Assembly (NCBI GenBank): GCA_036918135.1
Contig: JBALDB010000036.1
Span: 31,773-95,772 of the forward strand
DNA from: Nostoc sp.
GTDB lineage: Bacteria; Cyanobacteriota; Cyanobacteriia; Cyanobacteriales; Nostocaceae
DNA length: 64,000 bases
Direction: 5' to 3'
In this document: positions 28,039 to 37,673 of the stretch, one piece after another
Numbering within the stretch: position 1 is the stretch's first letter
How the letters are laid out: every line of letters begins with the position of its first letter
Notes under the pieces: generated by a model
What the model was told of the DNA's origin: nothing
Databases searched by the model: none
Seen by the model: the letters and a program-made list of their open reading frames with translations, nothing else
Translations under genes and position numbers: made by a program

Positions 28039-29712
28039 ATGGCTGAGACAGGGGTGGACAAACTTAAGCTCATGGTCGTAGACGATGAGCCAGATAACTT
28101 AGATTTACTCTACCGCACTTTTAGACGAGATTTTCAAGTATACAAAGCTAATCATGCTTTTGCTGCTTTAGAAATATTGGAGAAAGTTGGCGAGATGGCT
28201 GTGATTATTTCTGACCAAAGAATGCCAGAAATGAGTGGCAGCGAATTTTTTAGTCGCACAGTGGAACGGTTTCCGGACACAATTCGGATTTTGTTAACTG
28301 GTTTTACTGATGTGGAAGATTTGGTAGACGCGATTAACTCTGGTCAGGTGTTCAAATATATCACTAAACCCTGGAATCCGGAGCAACTGAGGGCGTTAGT
28401 TGAGCAAGCTACGGATACATACCGCCTAGTGAAGAAGCGCACCCAAGAGTTACGCCGAGCTTTACGGCGAGAATCCTTGTTTAATGCAGTGACAACAGCA
28501 ATTCGGGAGTCTTTAGACTACGACAGTATGCTGCAAAAGACTGTAGCAACTATCGGACAAACATTTGAAGCCACCAGCTGTTTGCTCAGACCAATAGAGG
28601 GCGATCGCCTGGTACCAGACCTATTTTCATACCACGATCCTGAATCTGATGTATTGGATTGCGCTTTCGACGCCAGTCCTTTGATTGAAAAAGTTCTAGA
28701 AACACGTGATTATCAACTTGCTCAGGAAATATCCGACGGTATCGCTTGTCATCATCTGGTTGTGCCACTTAGCTATCAACAGCACTTAGTGGCTGTACTG
28801 GCTCTCCATCAATCAGGACGCGATCGCCCTTGGCAAGACGAAGATATCCAATTAATTGTCGGTGTTGCCGAACAAGCAGCCTTAGCTCTCTCTCAAGCAA
28901 AACTCTACCAACGCCTCCAGGAAAAACAACAGCAGATTCACACTGAATTGGAGGTAGCTCGTAAAATTCAATACAATCTTCTGCGCCAAACTTTACCTGA
29001 TATCAAAGGTGTAAAGGTACAAGCCTGCTGCTACCCAGCGCGGGAAGTTGGAGGGGATTTTTTTGAAGTATTTGTCCATCCCAAAGGCGACTTATGGTTA
29101 GCTGTGGGCGACGTTTCTGGCAAGGGTGTCCCAGCTGCTTTATTTATGGCTAGTGTTATTTCTGTCTTGCGCCGGGAATTATCTCAAGAAGCACCAGCCC
29201 AACCAAATATCGTCATGCAGAATCTTAACCATGCTCTGAGTGAAGACTTGATTAGTAATAATTATTTCATCACTCTTGTATTAGCTTGTTATACCCCTAC
29301 AACGAGGGAACTCGTTTACACTAATGCCGGTCATATCTATCCACTATTATGGTCACAGAAAGCGGCATTAGCCGATAGTCCCAATTACCTCAAAGTCCGC
29401 AGCGTTCCTTTGGGGATATTGCCCAAATGGCAAGCACAGTCTGGTAGCTTGGTTCTCGCTCCTGGAGACACATTGTTACTAGCTAGTGATGGTATTACAG
29501 AAGCAATGGTATCAAATAATTATAATAAATCTGTAAAAACCGTGTCTGGCGTTGAGCCAGTTGAGCGTTCTATGCTGAATCAAGATGGTCTTTGGCAACT
29601 CTTGCAACAAGAGCAAAAACCGCTTTCTCTTAACCATTTACTAGCTCGCATCCAAGCAGATAACCACGTCCAAGAAGACGATCAAACTATACTCTCACTG
29701 GAGATTTTGTAA
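28039..29712 (+). CDS. hmpU: REC-GAF-PP2C (SpoIIE/RsbU-like) phosphatase, probably HmpU of the hormogonium partner-switching system
   Basis: REC (VVDDE, ISDQRMP), GAF and PP2C motifs (VGGDFF, GDVSGKG, SDGITE, DDQT). The gene name is inferred from architecture and the adjacent RsbW-like kinase. Confidence 0.75.
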   Translation: MAETGVDKLKLMVVDDEPDNLDLLYRTFRRDFQVYKANHAFAALEILEKVGEMAVIISDQRMPEMSGSEFFSRTVERFPDTIRILLTGFTDVEDLVDAINSGQVFKYITKPWNPEQLRALVEQATDTYRLVKKRTQELRRALRRESLFNAVTTAIRESLDYDSMLQKTVATIGQTFEATSCLLRPIEGDRLVPDLFSYHDPESDVLDCAFDASPLIEKVLETRDYQLAQEISDGIACHHLVVPLSYQQHLVAVLALHQSGRDRPWQDEDIQLIVGVAEQAALALSQAKLYQRLQEKQQQIHTELEVARKIQYNLLRQTLPDIKGVKVQACCYPAREVGGDFFEVFVHPKGDLWLAVGDVSGKGVPAALFMASVISVLRRELSQEAPAQPNIVMQNLNHALSEDLISNNYFITLVLACYTPTTRELVYTNAGHIYPLLWSQKAALADSPNYLKVRSVPLGILPKWQAQSGSLVLAPGDTLLLASDGITEAMVSNNYNKSVKTVSGVEPVERSMLNQDGLWQLLQQEQKPLSLNHLLARIQADNHVQEDDQTILSLEIL

Positions 29713-29715
29713 GTA

Positions 29716-30141
29716 ATGAAAAGTGAGCTTCAAGTACCAAGTGATTTGAACTTTCTGAATATTGTTGAAAACTGGTTGCTGGGATGCTTGAAAATCCAGC
29801 TAGGAGAATCAGTAGATTGGTCGCGCCAATCGAGTCGTTTGAGGTTAGCTTTAGTAGAAGCCTACTCAAATGCAGTACGTCATGCCCATAGGGACAAACC
29901 AAATTTGCCGATTTTACTGCGTTTGGAACTCAAAGACCGAGACCTTGCCCTAGAAGTTTGGGACTACGGCGAAGGCTTTGATATGTCTACATACTACGCT
30001 CCGAACCCAGTTGAAAAACAAGAAGGTGGTTATGGTTGGCTGATTATGAATCGTCTGATGGATAAAGTAGATTACAAGTTGCAAATTAATGGCGCTAATT
30101 GTCTCAAGTTAGAAGCTACTTTACCGGAATTAGTCAAATGA
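29716..30141 (+). CDS. hmpW: RsbW-like anti-sigma factor / Ser kinase, probably HmpW
   Basis: LALVEAYSNAVRHA, DYGEGFD and GGYGW (HATPase_c) motifs. Confidence 0.75.
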   Translation: MKSELQVPSDLNFLNIVENWLLGCLKIQLGESVDWSRQSSRLRLALVEAYSNAVRHAHRDKPNLPILLRLELKDRDLALEVWDYGEGFDMSTYYAPNPVEKQEGGYGWLIMNRLMDKVDYKLQINGANCLKLEATLPELVK

Positions 30142-30169
30142 GTAGGTTATAAGCCATGATACTTACTAA

Positions 30170-30598
30170 CTACTTTTGGCGACGTAAAGATAGTAACTCT
30201 TGAGGTGAAGCTAAAAGTTTGATTCTAGTATATAAAATTTGCTGTTGTTGGTTGAGGATAAATAGCCACAAGACATTTATGCCGCACCAAGAGGTTTGTG
30301 CTTTGCCTGTGACTTGGACTTGGATATTACCGTCTTCCAAAGTGTCGCTTATTCCTGTGTTGGGGTAAGCTTTAATGTTTTGGGCTTCTTGCTTTAAGTA
30401 AGCTGCGATCGCATCACATCCAACAATATCAGATTCTAACGGTGGATGCATCACACCGTCTTCGGCAAATAAAGCCGCAGTTGCGTCAAATTCTCCGGCA
30501 TTTAATGTTTCAAAATAACGCAGTACACTTGTTTGTGTAATTCCCTCAATCTGGAATTTTGATGAAGGCTGTACTGGGGATATTTCAGCAGAGGTCAT
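30170..30598 (-). CDS. NTF2-like orange carotenoid protein C-terminal domain homolog (CTDH/CCP)
   Basis: YFETLNAGEF, LFAEDG, VTGKAQTSWCGINV.W.F.LN and IKLLASPQELL match the OCP CTD pattern; Cys-containing type. Confidence 0.8.
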   Translation of the reverse strand: MTSAEISPVQPSSKFQIEGITQTSVLRYFETLNAGEFDATAALFAEDGVMHPPLESDIVGCDAIAAYLKQEAQNIKAYPNTGISDTLEDGNIQVQVTGKAQTSWCGINVLWLFILNQQQQILYTRIKLLASPQELLSLRRQK

Positions 30599-30883
30599 AA
30601 AATTGCCTGTATCAAGCTAACTAAATATTAATTTCAGTACAAAAATCGCTAAAAAGAAAGCCACTATTGAGATAGATTGCCACACATGTACAAATCTTTC
30701 TCACGATGGAAGTTTTGGTTCGACAAATTTTGGCTAACTCCTCAGCCGAAAGATCCCTGATTTCTTAAACAAATCAGGGATTTGAGATAATAAATGTAAA
30801 AGAAGTAACAAATATTTATCAAAAAATCACTAGATAATGTATAATCTATATGCCTATAGTTAGGCAAATCCAGTTAAAAAACA

Positions 30884-32470
30884 ATGAACCAGTGTTCGGT
30901 AACTAGCAGCGTAGTTAAACAAAAAGCTAGCGAGTTAGGCTTTCATCAAGTTGGAATTGCTGCTGTAGATAGGGTAGCTGCCACAGAAGCGCAGAGGTTG
31001 CAAGCATGGATAGCACTCGGTTATCACGCCGATATGGAATGGATGACGAATCCAAAGCGTCAGGATATCCGGTTAGTGATGCCAGAAGTGCGATCGCTAA
31101 TCTGTGTAGCACTAAATTACTACACCTCACATCAACGTCCCCAAGGTAAAGAATACGCTAAAATTTCGCGTTATAGCTGGGGAAGGGATTATCACAAGGT
31201 GATGCATAAAAAACTTAAACAGCTAACCACATGGTTAAAATCGCTCGATGAAAGCATTCGCGCAATTTATTATGCAGACACGGGGCCAGTACAAGATAAA
31301 GTGTGGGCACAACAAGCCGGAATTGGTTGGATTGCCAAAAATGGTAACGTGATTACACGCGATTATGGCTCTTGGGTCTTTTTAGGAGAAGTGTTGACCA
31401 ACTTGGAATTAGAGAGCGATCGCCCCCATACACAACACTGTGGTAGCTGTACTCGTTGTCTTGAGGCTTGTCCTACGGGTGCAATTACTCAGCCTTTTGT
31501 TGTGGATGCTAATCGCTGCATTGCTTATCATACAATTGAAAATCGGGCAGAAGAATTACCACAGACTCTTATACCCCATTTACATGGCTGGGTTGCTGGT
31601 TGTGACATCTGCCAAGATGTTTGTCCTTGGAATCAACGTTTTGCTAAGACTACTGATATCACTGAGTTTGCCCCTTATCCTGGGAATCTTGCTCCACAAC
31701 TGTTAGAATTAGCCCAAATCTCAGATTGCGAATGGGACAAACGATTTCCAGCATCCGCCTTACGACGGATTAAGCCAGAAATGTTACGACGCAACGCTCG
31801 AGCTAATCTTGACGTATCTAGGCCAGAGATGACCCAAAAAGTAATTATTTTTGATTTTGATGGCACGATTGCAGATACCGTAGATGCCCTTGTAAGTATT
31901 GCCAATCGTCTAGCTGTAGATTTTGGTTATATACAAATAACCCCAGACCAATTAACTCTACTCAAAAACTTAACATCTAGGGAAATTATTAAGTACTCCG
32001 GAGTTTCGCTATTTAAGATACCTTTTCTAGTAAAAAAAGTTAAAGGAGAATTAAAAAATAAAATTCCTGAATTAAAGCCCATTCCAGGAATAAAAGAAGC
32101 ATTAACAGAACTCCAAGCTCAAGGATATAAACTAGGAATCATTACTTCTAATTCTAAAGAGAATGTAACTCAGTTCCTTACAATCAATAATTTAAATCAC
32201 TTGTTTGATTTTATATATTCAGGAATTACAATTTTTGGCAAAACAACGATTATCAATAATGTATTAAGACAAAAACAACTCAAACCGCAAGAAGTTATTT
32301 ATGTGGGAGATGAAACCAGAGATATAGAAGCATCAAAAAAAGCAAATATTCAAGTAATTGCAGTGACTTGGGGCTTTAATTCATCGGAAGTACTAGCTAA
32401 GCAAAACCCAGATTATTTAATTCACCAACCTAGCGAACTACTGCAAGTCATGAAGTCAGAGTTCAATTAA
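30884..32470 (+). CDS. queG: epoxyqueuosine reductase QueG fused to a C-terminal HAD-family phosphatase
   Basis: ISRYSWGRDYH, CGSCTRCLEACPT and GCDICQDVCPWN motifs, then in-frame MTQKVIIFDFDGT (ATG 31829) and YVGDETRD. Confidence 0.9.
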   Translation: MNQCSVTSSVVKQKASELGFHQVGIAAVDRVAATEAQRLQAWIALGYHADMEWMTNPKRQDIRLVMPEVRSLICVALNYYTSHQRPQGKEYAKISRYSWGRDYHKVMHKKLKQLTTWLKSLDESIRAIYYADTGPVQDKVWAQQAGIGWIAKNGNVITRDYGSWVFLGEVLTNLELESDRPHTQHCGSCTRCLEACPTGAITQPFVVDANRCIAYHTIENRAEELPQTLIPHLHGWVAGCDICQDVCPWNQRFAKTTDITEFAPYPGNLAPQLLELAQISDCEWDKRFPASALRRIKPEMLRRNARANLDVSRPEMTQKVIIFDFDGTIADTVDALVSIANRLAVDFGYIQITPDQLTLLKNLTSREIIKYSGVSLFKIPFLVKKVKGELKNKIPELKPIPGIKEALTELQAQGYKLGIITSNSKENVTQFLTINNLNHLFDFIYSGITIFGKTTIINNVLRQKQLKPQEVIYVGDETRDIEASKKANIQVIAVTWGFNSSEVLAKQNPDYLIHQPSELLQVMKSEFN

Positions 32471-32764
32471 TAAAGATGTAGTAGATTGAAAAGCTACGGT
32501 ACTTTTGCTCTAAGTTAAGTACACTACCTTACCTGCCCTATTGGGCATCTTCACCGATGCCTTAGGAAAAACATATTGTATTAGATTGTAATCTACTGTA
32601 TTGTCATAAATTAAATACTTTATCTAAAATTTTACATATTGCAGAAAAAATCTAGTCAAGTCTTTTTTAGCGATATTTACTCAAAAATTCGATGCAAAGC
32701 GGATAATTGACGAACGTGGTGGTAAGACCCATTCTAAAAAAATGTCAAACAGAGGAAAAGACTA

Positions 32765-32806
32765 GTAACAAACTTTACTAAATTATGGTTAGAAATCCGT
32801 TAAGTT
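32765..32806 (+). promoter_or_regulatory. NtcA-activated class II promoter of ntcB
   Basis: GTA-ACAAACTT-TAC (32765..32778), a 22-nt spacer, then TAAGTT (TAN3T -10 box) at 32801..32806. Confidence 0.85.
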
Positions 32807-32843
32807 AATGAAACCTATATAGTGTAAAGCAGGCTACATAAAC

Positions 32844-33791
32844 ATGCGCCTAGAGCAGTTGCAAGCCTTTCTAGCGATCGCCCAAACCGGCAGCTTTCAA
32901 CAAGCAGCGCGAACATCTGGTGTTACCCAATCGACGATTAGTCGCCAAATCCAGGCATTAGAAGCAGATTTGGGGATAGAACTGTTTCACAGAACCAGTC
33001 ATGCCAAGCTGACACTAGCAGGTGAACGTTTGCTACCTCGTGTCCGCAAAATTTGCCAAGAATGGCAGACAGCCACAGAAGAATTAGGCGATTTGATAGC
33101 CGGAAAACAGCCAGAACTTTGCATAGCTGCAATTCATTCATTGTGCGGCTCTTATTTACCACCAGTGTTACAAAAATTTTGTCATGATTATCCAGATGTG
33201 CAATTGCGGGTGACTTCATTGGGAAGCGATCGCGCCCTGAAAGTCCTCAAAGATGGATTGGTAGATTTAGCAATTGTGATGAATAATCGCTTTTTAACCA
33301 CTGGTAGAGAAATGGTAGTAGAAGTACTTTACGATGAACCTATAGAAGTTCTAACCGCAGTCAATCATCCCTTAGCTAAATATGAATTTATTCCTTGGTC
33401 AGAGTTGATTTGTTATCCGCAAGTGGTTTTTAAAGATGGTTATGGGATGCAGCGTTTAATCCAAGATAGATTTGAGCGAATTGAGGCTAAACTCCAAGCA
33501 GCTTTGGAGGTGAATACCCTAGATGCCTTTCGGGGAGTAGTGCGCCAAGGCGAACTGATAGCTTTACTACCTCAATCAGCATTAGTAGAAGCACGCCAAG
33601 ACCCTACCCTAGCCATTCGTTCCCTAGCCATTAATAGTAGTGGTGGTTTGCCAGATGGTTCTAGTTTGACTCGCCGGGTAGTTATGGTCACAACACAAGA
33701 CCGTCTGCAAATTCCTCCCATCAAGCACTTTTGGCAACTCGTGCAGGAAAATATCCCAGTGCAAATTGACCAGCAGCGCTCGGCTTGTTAA
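32844..33791 (+). CDS. ntcB: LysR-family nitrate assimilation regulator NtcB
   Basis: MRLEQLQAFLAIAQTGSFQQAA..VTQSTISRQI N-terminus; NtcA promoter; cnaT-like gene downstream. Confidence 0.8.
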   Translation: MRLEQLQAFLAIAQTGSFQQAARTSGVTQSTISRQIQALEADLGIELFHRTSHAKLTLAGERLLPRVRKICQEWQTATEELGDLIAGKQPELCIAAIHSLCGSYLPPVLQKFCHDYPDVQLRVTSLGSDRALKVLKDGLVDLAIVMNNRFLTTGREMVVEVLYDEPIEVLTAVNHPLAKYEFIPWSELICYPQVVFKDGYGMQRLIQDRFERIEAKLQAALEVNTLDAFRGVVRQGELIALLPQSALVEARQDPTLAIRSLAINSSGGLPDGSSLTRRVVMVTTQDRLQIPPIKHFWQLVQENIPVQIDQQRSAC

Positions 33792-33965
33792 CTCAGTAAA
33801 CCAAAAAGTTTTCTTTCAAAGAGCGATCGCTATAAAGCGGGCAAGTACGCCATCGCTACCAGCGATCTGTTTCTTTGAGAGAGTTATTCATTGCCTAAAA
33901 TAGAAGCTGATGCCCCGTCTTTGTCTAGCGCGTAACTTTGTGGATCAATGCTACTAAAACCCTGA

Positions 33966-35444
33966 CTAAGATTGTGGAACCCACACGGAAACGGAACCAG
34001 CACTGCATCGAAAGTCAGCCCAGCCTTGATCGTTCGTTGTGACAGGTTCGTTGATATGTTCGGTAATGTCAATGTAAGTGCTGTTGGGTTGACCAACTTC
34101 CATCCATTTAGTCCCCTCTCCCCCATTACTCAAAACAACCGCCATACCGCCAGGATGTTCTTCATCTCCTAAGCGTGTCCAGCCGATTGTATTAGCGTGA
34201 TCGAAATAATCATATTGGTCGCCATAGGCATAGGTTTGACGAGCGTGCAAAAATTTATCAATTATCCATTGATGACTATCGAGCCAAATCTCATACTCAT
34301 TGCCATCTGGGCCCGTATCTTTGTAATTAGCACCATAGTAATCTGCATAGAAGATACAGGGATAACCCTCACTTCGCAATAAAATCAACGCATAAGCCAA
34401 TGGTTTAAACCAACCTTCTACTACAGACTCCAACGATTGCAAAGGTTGAGAATCGTGATTGTCTACTAAGGTGACGGCTAAAGCAGGTTGCTGTTGCACT
34501 AAGGTGTTATCAAATATCTGCCGCATGTCGTAGTCATTGCCTTGTTTGCTAGCAGCGCTAAAGTTATAGTGCAATGGCGCATCAAACAACATGACATCGC
34601 CACCGGTGACGTTAATGAAATGATGCAGCGCTTCAACTTCATAAGACCAATACTCACCGACGGCAAAGAGATCGCGACCTGCCTTTTGGCGACAGTGAAC
34701 CAGCCATTCTGGGAAAAAGCCAGCTCTAACGTGTTTAACGGCATCAAACCGAAAGCCATCTATATCAGTGGTTTCTACAAACCACTCACCCCAGCGATTC
34801 AACTCCTCGCGTACTTCTGGACTCTCCATATCCAGATCGCATCCCATGAGATAATCGAAAGCGCCTTTTTCTAAGTCAACGTTATCGTCAAAGTGTTTAC
34901 CTTTGAACAGATAAACTGCGTTCTCACCTTCGTTGTAAATGTTGTAATCAACTGCGTCGAAGTGCCACCAGTGCCATTCCATATCGGAGTATTTACCCTG
35001 GCGACCTGGGAAGGTAAAGTGAGTCCAGACTTTAATCTTTTGCATTTCACCGATGGGCTGGTGGCGATCGTCTGGATTATAAGGCGTTGCTTCCACCTCT
35101 TCGGGTTCGTCTGCGCCTAACTTATGGTTCAAGACAACATCAGCATAGACTCGAACGCCAGCAGCTTTTGCCGCCTTGACAGCAGCGATATATTCGTCTT
35201 TTGTGCCGTACTTTGTCCGAACCGAGCCTTTCTGGTCAAACTCGCCTAAATCGTACATATCATAGACACTGTAGCCGACATCAAAGCCACCTGTTGTTCC
35301 TTTGTAAGCTGGGGGTAACCAAACAGATGTAACACCTGCATCAGCTAAGTCTTTGACTTTCTCTTTCAATTCATTCCAAAGATTGCCATCCGCAGGGATA
35401 TACCAATGGAAGTATTGCATCATCACACCATTCAGTTGAGCCAT
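33966..35444 (-). CDS. amyA: cytoplasmic alpha-amylase (GH13, AmyA/AmyS type)
   Basis: NGVMMQYFHW, GYSVYDMYDLGEF, GFRFDAVKH, GEYW and DNHD motifs; ATG 35444 chosen as start. Confidence 0.9.
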   Translation of the reverse strand: MAQLNGVMMQYFHWYIPADGNLWNELKEKVKDLADAGVTSVWLPPAYKGTTGGFDVGYSVYDMYDLGEFDQKGSVRTKYGTKDEYIAAVKAAKAAGVRVYADVVLNHKLGADEPEEVEATPYNPDDRHQPIGEMQKIKVWTHFTFPGRQGKYSDMEWHWWHFDAVDYNIYNEGENAVYLFKGKHFDDNVDLEKGAFDYLMGCDLDMESPEVREELNRWGEWFVETTDIDGFRFDAVKHVRAGFFPEWLVHCRQKAGRDLFAVGEYWSYEVEALHHFINVTGGDVMLFDAPLHYNFSAASKQGNDYDMRQIFDNTLVQQQPALAVTLVDNHDSQPLQSLESVVEGWFKPLAYALILLRSEGYPCIFYADYYGANYKDTGPDGNEYEIWLDSHQWIIDKFLHARQTYAYGDQYDYFDHANTIGWTRLGDEEHPGGMAVVLSNGGEGTKWMEVGQPNSTYIDITEHINEPVTTNDQGWADFRCSAGSVSVWVPQS

Positions 35445-35548
35445 GTGTATCCCTGGAGTAAAATTTACGATAAATTGTAATTCTTGACACAACTATACAT
35501 TAAGTTTTATTTTTTGTGTCTAAATAGAAACAAAAATCTATTAAGAAA

Positions 35549-36178
35549 CTACGATCGACTTATATTGTTTTGTTCTGTGGATGATAGTTCTTCAGCTAAG
35601 TTTTTCTGGAGTGCTTCCAATACCGCGATTGGATCGGCTGGTTCCTGCATCAATTGGGCTTCCGAATCATGCCGATTTACTACATTAGGTAAATCGGTAC
35701 GCAGTTCTTCTAATAGAGCAATAATCTTGGCAATTTTTTGCTCGGAGAGTAGGTTAAGCTGTAGCATCAATTGCGCCCGCTGTTCGGCAAAGTTTTCTTG
35801 GCGAGTTTGTCGCACCAGTACTCCGGTTGAAATCACCAATGCAGCTGCATCTAAGCCTTGACCTGACCAGCTAAATGAGGGCAAGTTGAATGGCAAAAAG
35901 CGATCGAAAAAACTGCTAAAAATCCAGATACCCAGTATGACTAGCAAACTATAGAGAAATGCCGATCGCCCAAAAAATGTAGCGATCGCTTCTAGTATCC
36001 GCTGGTGGGTGGGAATATCTCGAACTTCCTGGCTATGAAGCGAACTAACCGCTTCAATATTTTTTGTAATTGGGTCTGGTAATGGAGCCGTGAAAACTTG
36101 ATTTCGAGAAGTTTTGAAGTTGAGTTTATTAACACGTTTGAAGTGTTTGTTAGCTGTGTCGTCTGCGTTATGCGTCAT
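35549..36178 (-). CDS. DUF1003 family membrane protein
   Basis: Two TM segments, then LVRQTRQ...EQRAQLMLQLNLLSEQK. Confidence 0.75.
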   Translation of the reverse strand: MTHNADDTANKHFKRVNKLNFKTSRNQVFTAPLPDPITKNIEAVSSLHSQEVRDIPTHQRILEAIATFFGRSAFLYSLLVILGIWIFSSFFDRFLPFNLPSFSWSGQGLDAAALVISTGVLVRQTRQENFAEQRAQLMLQLNLLSEQKIAKIIALLEELRTDLPNVVNRHDSEAQLMQEPADPIAVLEALQKNLAEELSSTEQNNISRS

Positions 36179-36375
36179 ACAGCAACTCCTGAATCTAGAT
36201 GTTACTCAATTATTACTTATCTTCTGAAGAATTAATTATACAGGAGGTAGTAGATAGGACTTGAAACTACGTAAACTGGATTACCGTAGGTCTAGTTTGC
36301 CTAGGGTATCGCTCTTTGGGAAAAACTTTTTGGTTTACTTTATTAAGTGTCATTAGTTATTTTTACAAAGGACAA

Positions 36376-37452
36376 ATGAGTAATATATTTAGGGAATTCG
36401 TCCAAAAAATAGGTAGCGGTAACCACACAGGCGAAAATTTAACTCGCGCCCAAGCAACCACCGCTACTAAAATGATGCTGCTGGGTGAAGCTACACCAGC
36501 GCAAATAGGAGCGTTTTTGATTGCTCATCGAATCAAGCGTCCTACAGGGGAAGAGTTAGCAGGAATGTTGGATGCCTACGATGAACTCGGTCCAAAACTG
36601 CAACCAATCATCTCTGAACGACCAGCAATCGTTTTGGGCATCCCTTACGATGGCAGAACGCGCACTGCACCAATTAGTCCGGTGACAGCTTTATTACTCG
36701 CCGCAGCTGGACAACCAGTGGTAATGCACGGTGGCGATCGCTTACCAACTAAGTACGGATTACCCTTAATAGATATTTGGCAGGGTTTGGGAGTCGATTG
36801 GACTGTCTTACCTTTAGCAAAAACCCAGCAAGTATTTGCACAAACAGGAATCGGCTTTATTTATCTACCTCAGCATTTCCCCTTAACTACAAGTATTTGG
36901 GAGTACCGCGACCAACTTGGCAAACGTCCCCCTTTGGCGACAATGGAGTTAATTTGGTGTCCTTATGCCGAAAATGCTCACCTAATTGCCGGGTTTGTCC
37001 ATCCACCGACTGAAGGAATGTTTCAGATAGCTTTAGGGCTGCGGGGAGTAACAAAATTTACATTAGTGAAAGGATTGGAAGGCAGCTGCGACTTACCGCG
37101 CGATCGCACTGCAATCATTAGTTTATCTTCATCGCCACCATCCCCAGAGATAGAACGATTGCACCTCGTACCGCGTGATTACGGTATTACTACCAAGAAT
37201 GTACCTCTTGGAACTACTGAAGAACTGGTGGCGGATATTCGAGATGTTTTGGCAGGTAAACCAGGGGAATTAATGCAAACCGCCTTGTGGAATGGCGGAT
37301 TTTACCTATGGCGGAGTGGTATTTGTTCAAATATGTCAGAAGCTTTAGCTAAAGCAGAAGAATTATTAATAAATGGAGTAGTAGCAGCTAAACTCCAAAA
37401 ACTTAATCAAGTAGTAAATTCAGTGTCCTCGACAGTATTTCAGCCAGGGTAA
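36376..37452 (+). CDS. cnaT: anthranilate phosphoribosyltransferase-family protein (CnaT/YbiB-like)
   Basis: QIGAFLIAHRIK, PYDGRTR, GFVHPPTE and KGLEGS motifs; ATG 36376 has an AAGGA RBS; lies downstream of ntcB. Confidence 0.75.
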   Translation: MSNIFREFVQKIGSGNHTGENLTRAQATTATKMMLLGEATPAQIGAFLIAHRIKRPTGEELAGMLDAYDELGPKLQPIISERPAIVLGIPYDGRTRTAPISPVTALLLAAAGQPVVMHGGDRLPTKYGLPLIDIWQGLGVDWTVLPLAKTQQVFAQTGIGFIYLPQHFPLTTSIWEYRDQLGKRPPLATMELIWCPYAENAHLIAGFVHPPTEGMFQIALGLRGVTKFTLVKGLEGSCDLPRDRTAIISLSSSPPSPEIERLHLVPRDYGITTKNVPLGTTEELVADIRDVLAGKPGELMQTALWNGGFYLWRSGICSNMSEALAKAEELLINGVVAAKLQKLNQVVNSVSSTVFQPG

Positions 37453-37673
37453 TTTGTGCTGTAAGCAACGCTTGCTATAAAAGGGCTAAAGCTATTCTTT
37501 AAGTGTATGCTTAGTAACAGCATGTATAGCAGGAGGCAGCAGGTAGAAGGCAGGAGGTAGAACTATTACTATTCCTAGCATTCACGCTTGTCATTATGTC
37601 CTTGACCACTAAATTTTTGATAAGCATGTGGGCTACTGTAAAGTGTCTTTAATTACGAATTATGAATTAGTAA

